Assembly (NCBI GenBank): GCA_008632985.1
Contig: QPGO01000032.1
Location: 431,330-495,329 of the forward strand
Length of the DNA: 64,000 nucleotides
Direction: 5' to 3'
Source: Psammoneis japonica
Lineage: Eukaryota
Part shown: positions 37,951-50,040 of the stretch, piece by piece
How positions within the stretch are numbered: the stretch's first letter is position 1
Layout of the letters: every line of letters begins with the position of its first letter
Made by a program: the position numbers and the translations under genes
The notes under the pieces: generated by a model
Databases searched by the model: none
Told to the model about the DNA's origin: nothing
Seen by the model: the letters and a program-made list of their open reading frames with translations, nothing else

Positions 37951-40900
37951 ATGGCGGCCCCCTTCGCCATCGGAAATGATTGCCCCATGTGCGGCAAACG
38001 TTTTCTCCCAGCTGGTCTTTAACACCACCTGAGAGCTTGTCTTCCCTGCAAACTGTCCTTTTCTCAAAGCCTTCACGACGTTTCTTCCCGTCAATCCGAC
38101 CCCGCTCATGGCAAACACCCCCAAACTGGAGAATTGCACGAACAAGTGGATGTTGCCACCTCTTCCACCCCCAGCTCTCCTCCACTTGAATTCATCGCTG
38201 CAGGCCCCAATGCCAACGTGCTTCCAACTCCACAAGGTTGCACCCAGACACAGTCCCCGGCCGTTGCGCTCCAATTGTGCACCTTCACATGTCCCAGAGC
38301 TGCGGGGTTCCCACAACAACTCCGTTCTTCCCCACGTTCTTGACGATGTTTCAGACTGCCAGTTTCCAGACCCCGAAGAATTTGTTTCCCACACCGAGGG
38401 TTCTGCTGCCAATGTTGCAGAATCTGGCCCTTTTTCCACACTCAATCAAGTTGGACACCTCTCCGCGGACGAGGACCTTGTTGTGCCCAAAGCACACAAC
38501 TGCAAAACGACATCCATGGTCCGCATGTTGAATTTGTGCTGCTCCAAGGGTGTCCCAATCAGTCAACAGATGAATTGCTGAGAGACGGGTTCCAGTCCTG
38601 GGTGGGACTTTTTGTGACATTGGGCCCGCAGAATTCTACGTGCGAGCTCCGCAGTAAAATCATTGAGCAATGTGGACACATGAATGATCGCCAACAGAAA
38701 AAGAGGCAATTTTGCGAACGTGTCTCCTCCTCCACACTTGAAGCACATTCTTTGCAGCATGCCCAGGTGTGTTCTTTAGACATTAAAGAATGCACCCAGC
38801 GCATTTTTGTTGACACAAGTGCAGATGACAGAAAGCCTTTGGCTTCGCAAAACAGGCAGTGTGGAACAATTTTTTACAATGGAACACGTAGAAATGTATG
38901 TGCGAAACATGCAACGGGTGACAAAAAATAATCACGTCACAGTTCAGCAGTGCGAGGTCCCACCCAGAGCTGGAACACGTCGAGAACTGTGCAGCAGGAA
39001 TTCTCCAGTGGTGGGTTGTCCATCACTGGACAAATTCCCTCTTCTCGAACTTTCCTGTCCAAGCTCAAGTTGATGTTGCCTGGCGTTGTGCCCCCGGTGC
39101 TGCAGCGCATTCCTCTTGAGTCTGTGTCAATCGTCAACCAATTCAAGAACGACCCGCCTCAGGAGCTCTCTCCCGGCATCCCTGTGCACGACTTTTCCCT
39201 CCAACTGCAGGATCTGTTCGACGATCCCCTTTTTGCCGATCTTTCAAATCTTGATGTTCCTCCCGATTCACGTTGGTCTCAGGTGCTCTCCAGTGAACCC
39301 ATGTTGGACGAGAATGGTGGTTGGAAACTTTGTGACGATGCCGAAATGAAGGACGGTGAAACTTGCAGTGACTGTCATTGTGGCTGCATTTTTCCTGCCG
39401 TCCCCGGTTCCTTTCATGTGTTCGTTTTGCATTGCACCGACAAAACCGGGAAAGGACAGGTCGCACCTCATTCGATGGAGCCATTTGTTTTCTCTGTGAC
39501 TGTCATCAAGTCATGTGCCCACCGTCGTTTTGAAGCATGGCGTCCTCTTGGTTTCGTTCCGAAACACACAGGTTGCAAAACAAAGAATCCTGTTTTCGGG
39601 ATGAACGTCAGAAATTACCACCAAATTTCATCTGTCCTTCTGGCGTCTGTAATTCAAGCGCAAGAATCACCTCCTGTCTGCCGAGTCTGACTGGGCAATC
39701 AGCATTGTCACAAGTGCATTGTTGTCCACAGCGCAACATTGTTGGGCGATGCTGTTAACGCCGCACAAGTGACCGGCCGTGTTTCTGGTTGCGAAAACTC
39801 CCGCCGCATCAGTCATGCCTGTCACACTTCCTGGACCAACAGCAACGAACCTTTACATTGCTGCAGGTGCTTTTCCCAAGAACTGATGGAGCTTTTAACT
39901 GTTGCAGCACTTGGACCACCACCCGGTTCCACCGACAGTCCATGGCATCTTTGTGTCGAATCACAAATCGACACAGTGATGTCTAAGACGAAAGCCAATT
40001 CAATCCGTTCCAAGGCACGCAGTGCAGTCATCCGGTGCGTGAACATTTGTTCCACCACACTTCACAAGGTGTTTGGCCAACACACGGTTGACAATTCATT
40101 CTTTCATCTTCAGATGGGAGACAATCATCAGGGTGTGTTTGGGTTTGCGTCCCCTGATCCAATGCACATGTTCCAAGGCGGCACAGTCCCTCAGATGCTC
40201 TCTGTCATTCTCAATGATTTGCCCGATTCCTCCCAATCCCAACTGAATGATTTGGCAAACCGCACATTTGGATCTCAGTGGTGCAGACCAGGTCAGAGAT
40301 CTAACTTTCCACCGGTTGTCTTGCGAAATGGATTTTGTGCCTTGTCTGGTTTGACCTGCGACCAAAAGATGGGAAAGCTGTTTGCGTTGGCACTGATGGG
40401 TCAGACCAAGGAGGGACGGAGCATGCTCCGTCTTCGTTGCCATCCTGATTTTGACAAGACAAAGAAAAAACGTGCTTCTAATTTCAATGATCAGCCTTCA
40501 GAGTGTGAGTGCAAAGAAGAATGTGAATGCGAAGAAGAAGACAATGATGGTTGTGTGCACGAAGAAGGTGAATCCGTTTCCAACAACCACAACGATTTGC
40601 TTGGTGACGACGATGAGTCCACATGTGATTCAGACAAACGGCAACCAAATCCACAAGATGACGAGGAAGAGAGTGATGAGGAGGAAGTTTCCCCTGGGGA
40701 TCAACCACCGCAGGCCTCAACATCCTCGGTTGACAAGCCTTGCACTGACAAAGAATGCAACCACGATGATCCTGTCCACAACGAACATCTGGAGGATCAA
40801 TGTCGCCATCATGGGCACATGCACATGTGTCCTTGCACGATGCAGCTGACAGCAGCTCAAGCTCACATTTGTCACAACATTGTGTGGATGCAAACAAGAA

Positions 40901-42330
40901 ATGTCAACCCAGATCATCAATTCTGCATCCCAAACCATGCCGATTCCTCCGTCTCTGAGATTTTTACATGCTGTGCGGATCAACGCCAGTCCCTTCACAC
41001 AAAGGCAAATTCTCACGACCCACCGTTTGTTTGTTCAGAAATTGAAAAGGAGTTGCCTCTTGCATTCCGCCAAAGGCTAAACAGCCTGTGCGACGACCTG
41101 GAGCCGGCTTGTTGTTCAGTGGACTGTGACGATGTGGAACACTTGTTGCTGTTGCTCAACAAACTGTTGTTGTTCCACTCCTTCTGCAGCTGCGGTTCTT
41201 CCCTGCACTCATGTGCCAATCGAGCTGACATTGAATGTCGCCTGGTGCTTCTGATGTTCGAGCTGCGCAGCATGATCAATCATGGCGAAGGCACACATGG
41301 ATGGAAAACATCCAAGTTCCACGACCTGCTGCACTTGATCGCCGCTCTTTGTCGGTTGGGTGTGTTTTCTAGATGGGATGCCACCACCGGTGAGTCTGGT
41401 CTAAAGAAATGGGCAAAGCTCCCCAGTCAGACCTGCCAAGCATTGCAAGGCAAAGAAGAGTTCACACGTCAACTTGCAAGCCGACTGTGCGAGCAGAGTC
41501 TTTTGGAGAGAGCCAATGATTTGATTGTCCGTCCACATGCAACTCAGGATTCGTCTGTGGCAGCATCATTTCACCACGACCTTGGTCACGCCATGTTCAT
41601 GGTCAACCGAGTTGAAAAAACATGCTGCGAGTGCACCGGCACCTTGGAAATGAAAAGGGAATGAAGCGCTCATCTGGAGCTGGACGTTGTTGATTTTTTT
41701 TGCCATTGCAGCCAGTGGGGAATCCGGCGCAGGCACGTTGTTGTGCATTCCAAGTCAAATCTACAGGCCGAACACGAGTTGCGCTTTCGGGTGCACCCGA
41801 ATTGCCGCGAGGGTGGGCGATGGCATGACTTTGCATGTGTTGAATGCAGAAATGACGATGGAACCAACAGCTTGTTTCCAATGCAACTGCGTGGTTTCAT
41901 TCTGAGTGACGACGAAAAAGAAGTTGTTGCTTTTGGGAGAACTTGTCTGAAGCAAAGCGCCATGGAAACGAAAATGAGCAAGAACGGTTTGTCCCAGCAT
42001 TGGCAGATGGAGGGCACGTCACCCAAACGCACCTTTGGGTGTTGTCAGAAGAACATGCTCATTGGCGGTGGAATGGGCGTTGCATTGCCCAAGACAGCTC
42101 TTGTTGACCGGGGCAAAAAATGGAAGAAAGGCCAGAAACGGAAAAAAGCTGTTGAAAACAATTTAGAGGAAAGTCAAAATGTGACCAATTTGTCCCTGTC
42201 CGGCTCCATGTCCGATCGAGAGAAGTCTGATGACAAGATTTTGTTTGTCCTCGACATGAAGAATGAGTGGCCGGAGCTTTTTTTAAATGGTGGCTTGTGC
42301 TCGGGAGGCAGGAGTGTGTGTGAAGTTTGA
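37951..42330 (+). pseudogene. Plavaka/CACTA-like DDE transposase, disrupted and Tyr>Cys/His hypermutated
   Basis: N-terminal CxxC..H zinc knuckle. Motifs (HC)TDKTG, MEPFVFS..AWRPLGFVP, DPMHMFQGG, GWKTSKFHDLLH, WDATTGESGLKKWAKLPSQT and FRVHPN(C)REGGRW(H)DFA. Broken into at least 6 ORFs. Confidence 0.8.
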
Positions 42331-42337
42331 CAACACA

Positions 42338-44832
42338 TCACAACAAAGTGAGTCCCCTCACATGATTTTCTGGAATTCTGTCAACATTTTTTTGGTGCAA
42401 TTCCACAAGGTTTGAGTGCGACCACACACTCTCCGGGTCGGTTGTGTGATTGCATTTTGCAACAAAATCCTCCAGTCTGCACCATTTGTTGACTGAGAAA
42501 AATTCGATCCGATGTTTGAATCCGTGTGTCTTGGCAGCAGCAGTGCACAATTCCTTGTGTCTCATCGGCAAAAAGACTGGGCCGTTGTCATGGAGGAAAA
42601 TGAGCTCCTCTTTCAAACCATGTTTCCTTGGATGGTGCAGGTGACACGATGGCTGGTCCATGCACGCCATGGTCACTGACATTTTGTTGTTGCGCATTGG
42701 TCGCCGCGCTGCCTCACATGTCTTCCGTGCCTCATCTAGTTCGATTCCACTGGAATGTTCAACGGGAGAACTCTCTGCCACCATGTCAACCAGGTGCCGA
42801 TAGAATCCGTTTTTATCATCATCACTTAAAGCAGCAAATGTGGCATTCTCAGCTGGACAATCACCAAGGTGGGCACCAGATTGGATGCACAAATTTCCTC
42901 TCGCGCTTCCAAGCTGCACTGCTTTCCTTGTTTTTTCTGGTGTGCCCATTTCCTTGTGTTTTTTCCCGTCCGTCATCAACTGACGAGCCGTTTCCTTTGC
43001 TTCTTCCGTTGAGTTTGGATTGCGCAGCACCCTGTCTTGTTCTTCCAAAAAACTGATGAACAGATGTGGGTGATCTTCTGTTTTGGGTGTCCCATCATGC
43101 AGGCTCTTGTTGACGTTCTGCCACCTGAGATGGGAGGAACAGTGCACCTTGCTGAGGTCACCACCACATTTTGCTTCTTTCACTGATCGCATGATGCACT
43201 TGAACATCTCACCCCTCGGCCCAGTCAAAGACTCGAGTGTTCTCTCCCAAGCTGGCAAGGAGATGGTGGTTGACATGGACCGAACTGGCAGAGGTGTTCC
43301 GTTGCATTCCCTGCAAACCAACCCCTTGCACTCTGCAATGTGTCGGAGATGAACAGCTCCGTCGCAGCACTCACAAAACAGAATCCACAGCCACGCGATG
43401 CACCCGAGCATCATCGTTCGAGTCTTGCCCTCCTTCATCTTGATGCACCTTCCTTTGCTGCAGTCGGACGCGACGTTTGTTTCTGCCAAAGACAGAATCT
43501 TTTCCACAGCCTTGGCTGTTTCTTCCTGGTTGCTGAGTGTGTGCAGGTCAATGGCATCGGAATGTTCCTGCAGTGCTGCAATCAAGGACTCCGCATGAGG
43601 ACAATTGACATTTAACTCAAGCTTCTTCAGTTGGCTGTCAACAATCGACCTTGTGTGCGACAAGTGAGTGAAGCAGCTGTTTCTTGCAGGCACACAATTC
43701 TCCAATGGCTTGTCGACATTTTTTTGGGACAGAAAAACGGACCAGTCCTCAACCAAATGCGAGGCAAGTGCGATGTGATCGTGGTCAATGTCCTTCCCAT
43801 TGCTTGCATCTGAATGCCAAGTCGCTGCTCCAATTGAGGAGGTGTGTGCATGGAACTCTCTTAGAACGGCCCACAGATCGTCTGGGCAGTTCAGCCATCT
43901 TTGACATTTTGAGGCAACCCTTCGTTGGAGGGAGCTTGTCACACCCTGTTGCGATCATTGCATTCCATCCAGCATCCCACAGCAAACGCCATGCACCACC
44001 ATCGCGGAGAGCTGGAGCACCCACCTGCGCAACCTTGGAGATGCGCGGTCGGTTGCTCCCGGTGGGCATCCTGGCATTGCCACTCCCGCACCACAGCTTC
44101 TGCTCCATTTCCCACCAGCTGCATTGATCCCACCGTCCATGGAGCAAAACTTTCTGCATTTGTCTGCTTTTGAAAGGGTGACAAACTCATCACCGAGTCC
44201 AGTGCGTAATCCATCCTCAACGGCACTTGCAGTTTGAGACAAAAGGTCCTCATTTGCAATCTCCGGTGGCAATTGAAGCATTTGAAAAATGGGTTTGCCG
44301 TCTGCAGGAGTGTCAACTCCAGTGACATTGTGCTCATTGACGACGATCGGATCCCTTGGGCGCAACGAGGAATGAGGATGATTGCACGAATTTGGCATCA
44401 CACGAACGTCACCGCCGAGATTCGATGCCAGTTTCTTTGCAGACTCCAATCCAGTCACCGCGAGCCAGTTCACGTGCAAACAGAAATGCACCTGAATCTG
44501 GCATCCATGCTTTTTCTCGACAAACAACAGCTGTCTTTTCCATGAAGTTTTGATCTTTTGCAGATTGGCAAGATTGAAGTCGGGGAACAACTGGGCTTGT
44601 GACTTCTTCTCGTCTGTTGGGAAGAATGAGGTTGTTCCCCAACACTTGTTGTCTTGCCCATTCGGGGTGTCCAGGGGGTTGGCACTGTTTTGCCCAACAA
44701 CTGAAATTTTTTTCCTTGAGAAGGCCGGCCTTGCTGATTTCCCCAGTCTTGCACTTGCTCCTTCTGCCCATGCCCACCGCAGTTTGCATCAATGGCATCT
44801 AAAGCTTCGTCTGGCTTGTGGTCCCGGTCCAC
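42338..44832 (-). pseudogene. Transposon-borne accessory ORF of unknown function (534-aa segment plus upstream fragments)
   Basis: Long ORF 42338..43942 with a single Tyr in 534 aa. Upstream fragments 43955..44590 and 44470..44832 lie on the same strand. Inside the TIRs. Confidence 0.55.
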
Positions 44833-45147
44833 GAGAGACTTGGCATTCCAAGCCTTTCACAGTGGCATCTGACAGCACATGGGACACATTGCACAGCTTT
44901 CTAGATGTTCAAAGGAACATCTTGTGCAAACCTTTCCGTCAACACCATCAACTGCCTGCAACGAGTTTGCAACCTCACAAGCGGCAGTGACGCGGTTGCT
45001 TCTTCATGGAGTGAGAGCGATGCAGTTGATTTTTTCAACGCCATGTGGGTGCAAAACAACCAGTTCGTGTGTTTTGTCTGAGACAAAGTCCTTGATCTAG
45101 AGATCAACAAAATCCAAGAAGTGAGCGACAACCAAAACGAGAAGCCA

Positions 45148-46464
45148 TCACAAAAAATCTAAACAAAACACGCACCTCCGACAATGTTGCTCCACAATCT
45201 TCACAAGAAGGATGAATGCCCACCTGGTTTCTGTTGCGGTGCAGGTGTGCAACTGCAGATGGATGGAACAGAGGCATTTCCTCCAACTGATCATTTCGCA
45301 GGCACCTGGCAATCCACACTCTTTGCCAACCACAGCCCAGTTCTCACAAAGGCAACGGGCCACCGTCGCATCGACAGGCAGAAACACATTGCCAACGTCA
45401 GACAGCTTTTGATGGAAGTGAGTTGACGATTGACTGAAAAACGAATCTGTCAAGATTCTGTCATTGAAGTGAGATTTGAACCCAGTGTCCATCGACATTG
45501 AGCAATGGACACATTCCTTGGAAGCCCAATTTTTGCAACGATTGAGAGCAAGTGCATCGGCGACCATGTGATTTGGATTCGAAGCAACTGTTTGACGGCA
45601 GTCAACAGTGTGGACGTTGAATCCGTTTTTGACTGGTGCCTTGCATGCTGTGGCATCTCTGCACTCCTGGGAGGATGCGTCAGTCGTCCCGTCACCAAAG
45701 ACAAGGCCCACAACCAACATGTCATTGTTGACAACGTCATTCCCGGTGGTGCAGACATTGGGCAAGTCGGATGATTCATCACGACATCCGAAGCAATGGT
45801 TGTCCAACACTGCTTGATCAGCAAATGGTGGCTCGTCGCCTCCAAAGCGGTCCAAGCAAAGTCGAAAGTCTGCTGACATTTCCTTCATTGATTTGACCAA
45901 AAGTCCCTCCACACGGGAACCAACAGAATTGCCACAAACCTTGTCAGCAGGTGCGCTCTTTTCCAGTGAGTCATCGTCTTGCACGCGCTTCCTTTTCCTG
46001 GCAAGAGATTTTCTCCTTGCATCAGCCTGTCTTCGTCGGGTTGTCTGCAGTGACAATTCCTCTGCAACCTCCCTCAATGCAGATGACAGATGTTTGTTGT
46101 TGTGCACCGTCAAACAGTCACACAGCGCTCTTGGCCGGATGGCCAAAGCTTGTCCCATTGGAAGTGTGCCAAGAAATCCATCAGCATCGAGAGTGCGGAA
46201 CAAATGATTGATGCCAGTGGGAGACAGTCCGACAGAAGCTGCCTTCTTGTGTGTCAAGGTCCTCTTGCTGACATGCTGACTGGGTTGGAAATGCACATGT
46301 TGCCTGGAATGTTTGTTGTTTCGGTGATCAAGTCCTGTCAGAATGGGTGGCAGACGACAAATGTGGTGACAGCTGGAATGTGACAACGACATGGCAGGAG
46401 AAAACGGATGTTTGTTGCAGAGTGGGTTGCAACCAAGCAGAAGAAAACAGCAACACAGATGCAA
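45148..46464 (-). pseudogene. Transposon-borne accessory ORF of unknown function (438 aa, Tyr-free)
   Basis: Long ORF with a basic NLS-like tract (RRKSLARKRKR) and an alpha/beta-looking C-terminal half. Inside the TIRs. Confidence 0.45.
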
Positions 46465-48499
46465 AGAGGTTGTGTGACATTGTGAACACGTGGGCGTGTT
46501 CCCGGAGCATCACCTGGGACTGCAAAAAAACATGAAAGAATTGTCCTCAGCAATGAAAATTGAACTGTACAGAATCACTCTCTCACCTGGGTGACAGTGC
46601 GGAAAATTTGGCAAAAAATCAATTCTTTTTTGACGACAGTGTGTCGATTTATGTCCTGATTGTGTGCAATCAAATCAACAAGTTGAAAGACAAACATTGA
46701 AATTTCGTTCTCACTTTCAGCGACACATGACAAACAAATGGCACGACAGAATCCCCGGGCACAGCCCCACATAAAATTTCGATGCAGTGACCCTGCAGAA
46801 TCAAAGCCCCAACTGCCACACATCACAATCCATCAACAGAGAATCGGCGCTTCGATCGAACATGTTGTGTTCCAGTTGCCAACAGCACGACACACTGGGT
46901 GGCCTCGGATGCCTTGCATCGACCAAAGGCATCCTGGAATGTGTGTTTTCTTGCATGAGCTGCAGGATGATGTGGAGATGGCTGTTTGTTCACAAACAGA
47001 TGTTGCCACATGTGCTCAATGCTTTGAGAGAAGCAGCGAAGCAAGACAATGTGTTGAGAATGTGGAGGCGCGACTTTGGTGATCCCAGATGCACTTTGAT
47101 GCGGAAAAACCGGATGAAAAGGCTGTTGCGTGAATTGCGAGAGGTGCACATTGAGGGAGAATTTTGGACGATGAGTTTGCATGAAAGACTGGATGAAAAC
47201 AGAACTCACATCGACCGCAGAGCTTTCAATTGTTGCGTCGCAGTGGGGTGCATGGATGGTGACAGATTCAACCAGTGCAGCTTGCAACCATTTGTGAAAG
47301 GGTGGATGAAAAAGGAAAAGATCCATTGCGACCCGCACATGGACAAAGTGACGTTGACGACAGATTTGGTGGACTTGGACTGGAGACACCGGTGTGCGTT
47401 TCGCAGCAGCTGCCTTGCGCGATTGTGTTGGCTTGCCTCAAAGGAGACAAAGAATGCCACCACCCGTTTGTTGTGTGTGCTCTGCCGCCTGGAAGAGATG
47501 GTGAGGTGAGACTGGGAGGAGAAACCCATGTTAACGTGATTCATCTGGAAGAACATGACAATGGTGACAGAGCCTCCTGGCCGCACGCAGAGGGAACTCG
47601 CCCCCCACTGGTGAGCGGAGACACAGCAGTGCATGAAAAAGCGCTCTTGGGGTTGTGGATGTTCTGCACAGGAGTGCATTCAGCCAGACATGGTCACAAT
47701 GGTGGATTGTGCGAAGTTGTGGAGCGCTTGGGCGAATCGCACAAGACGGCGAGAGAAGAAGAGGCAGTTGACAATGAGGAAAACAGAAGTGTGAGAGCAA
47801 GGCTGGGCGATGGCTGAGGGCAAAGAGATGAGCCTGACAGCCTGGATGGTGCAAAATCAACACAGTGCATGCCACATCATGGAAATGTGCAACGGACCAG
47901 TGAGTTGGGAAATGCCGCAGGTCAAAACGGTGCTCTGTTCTTTGTGGCCGGGCAAGAACAAGATCAGGGCAGCTCAGAGCATGGTGACCAAGACGGCATG
48001 GCGAGGTGTCGCATGCCAGATAAAAAAGCAAAAAGCAGTGTCTGGACTGCAGCCCTTTCTTCTGTGAAAATCTGGACGAAAAAAAAATGGCTGGAGATTT
48101 GAAAATTGTGGCGTGCAACAGTGGGGAGCGCCATTGTTCTTCACGCGGATCATGAAATGCACAGTGAACGGATGATGCAAGGCTGACAATGACAAAACAT
48201 GCCATTCAAAAGGAATGTAAAATTCATCAATTGATGTTTGATGGTGAGTGCTTTGAAAAATTTGGCATGCAACAAAAGGGAGTTTTTAAATGGGGGCCAA
48301 CGGGCATGCTGGCAGGCGCACACTCAGGACTGGGTTGGCACAGAGGGAGGAATTTCATTGACACAAAACACGTTGGAGAGTGGGTGAGCAAACATGTCGG
48401 CACAAAAACGATTCATCAGGTGCGTGCGTTGTGGCATCATTGCACAAACGGGTTGGCAAGCTCATGCATGTCTTGTGACCTTCGTTGCAGTTGGCACCC

Positions 48500-49692
48500 A
48501 TGACACGGCAGAGACAGGATCACACAATGTGGAGGTTGCAGGAATGTCCGTCGTCAGCTCAGAGGCAGCAAGGAGAAAGTTTGTGGACGGCCAGATGACC
48601 AACTGCGTTGCGATGGCTGTGCACCCAAAGACAAAATTTGTGACACACGACGATGTCGAGTTGGCGCTCAGGAGCAAAATGCAGAAAAAGGTTTGCAAAC
48701 ACCTCAACGTGGACGCAAGTGACTCTGCAGTTTGGTGTGAAGCGAGCAAGGAGAAGGTGCGGAAAAGACTTGACAGAAGAAGAAACAACAGGCAGGAGGT
48801 TTTTAGAAAGAAGTTGGTTGGCAAGTGCTGCCAGGGCTGTGCGTGGATGAGATGGGCCAGTGTTCTCACAAATTGATTCTTGCTCAGAAAAAGCTAGATG
48901 CGATGCAATGCCAAGCGTCAAAGACGTCAAAAAGGGCAGGGCGTTGCCTCAAATGCACTTCTGGTTCTTGGAAAATTGCTGCTTCCTGGCAGCAGGAACA
49001 GAGCACTTTAAAACAGCAGACAGCCAAGGTGTCTGCGATTGGCTGACAACAAGCACGGAAGCTTTTGCCAGGCTGATGTGTGACAACTGCTGCGAAACAG
49101 CCGTGTCGGTGGCAGAGATCAAAGAGCAATTCGAACAAGGTCACGTGGCACAGCCACCAAAACAACCCGTGGCCACCAAGCACACTTTCTTGGGGAAAGG
49201 CTCAAAATGAAATCAAGGATGGAACCAGGATGGGATCGACAAGCACAACAAACTCTACAATGCTGTGGCAAAGGAGAGAGCAGATTGCGGCAGAGTCGAT
49301 GCACAGTGCCTGCAGACAAAGAAATCAGAGAGCGCTTGTGGCAAGAAAAGAAAGAAGAAAAAAAGGACAGCATGAGTGGATGGGCTGCTCCAAAAAATGA
49401 TTGGAGCAACAGCAAGGAGGAGGCCGAAGGAAGGAACGATGAGCAAGGGAGCAAAGAGGAAGAAGAAGAGGAAGAGACTCCAGGAGCAGCAGCAACCAAC
49501 AACAGCGCTTCAACACAAACGGGATCTCAACAAGGAGGAGTGAACAACAACACACAGAAGCAACCGAGGGTGCAACGAGGACGCGTGAGGAACGGCGGCG
49601 GCATTTGCCAGTGTGCAGCAGGAAATGATGGTGGCATTGATGTCAACCGGGAAATCCACTCAGTTTGGGAGCTGCAGCAGTGTAGAATGTGA
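48500..49692 (+). pseudogene. CACTA-type accessory (TnpA-like) ORF with one intron
   Basis: W..SKEKVRKRLDRRRNN segment joined by an intron at 48821-48887 to ..TTSTEAFARLMCDN..K(H)T, followed by an acidic tail. Resembles second ORFs of such elements (from memory, not searched). Confidence 0.55.
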
Positions 49693-50040
49693 AAAGCATC
49701 CAAGTGTTGCACTGTAAAATGATGGGAATGTTGTCCATGTGCTTGTTGGATTTAAAGCAGGGTTTGAAAGCAATGTGAATCGGGGGCTGTCACAAAGGCA
49801 AATTGTCGCACGGTGAAAAGTGGACGAGTGTTGCACTTGAAAATGTCGGGAACATTCTCCGCATGGTTGTCACATTTAAATTTTCTTGTGACACATGACA
49901 AAAAAATTTAGATGATGAAGCAAGATTTCTGACACCGCGTGTAAAAAAATTTAAATCAAATTTAAAAAAATTCAGACATGTCGGGCAAGAATGTCACGCG
50001 CGAGTTCGCGCGCAATGTCAGATTGTTGCCCCACCAGACG

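Larger units (their letters stand above)
37676..50040 (+). mobile_element. 12,365-bp CACTA/CMC-superfamily (Plavaka-like) DNA transposon with several accessory ORFs
   Basis: Perfect 20-bp TIRs CGTCTGGTGGGGCAACAATC (37676-37695; reverse complement at 50021-50040). TT on both flanks (2-bp TSD). Internal Plavaka-like transposase. Confidence 0.88.

Noticed and set aside
39001..42330. Alternative genetic code or genuine Cys/His metal-binding proteins as the explanation for Tyr absence
   Set aside because: TA is lost in all frames and in non-coding DNA, and neighbouring genes use TAY normally.
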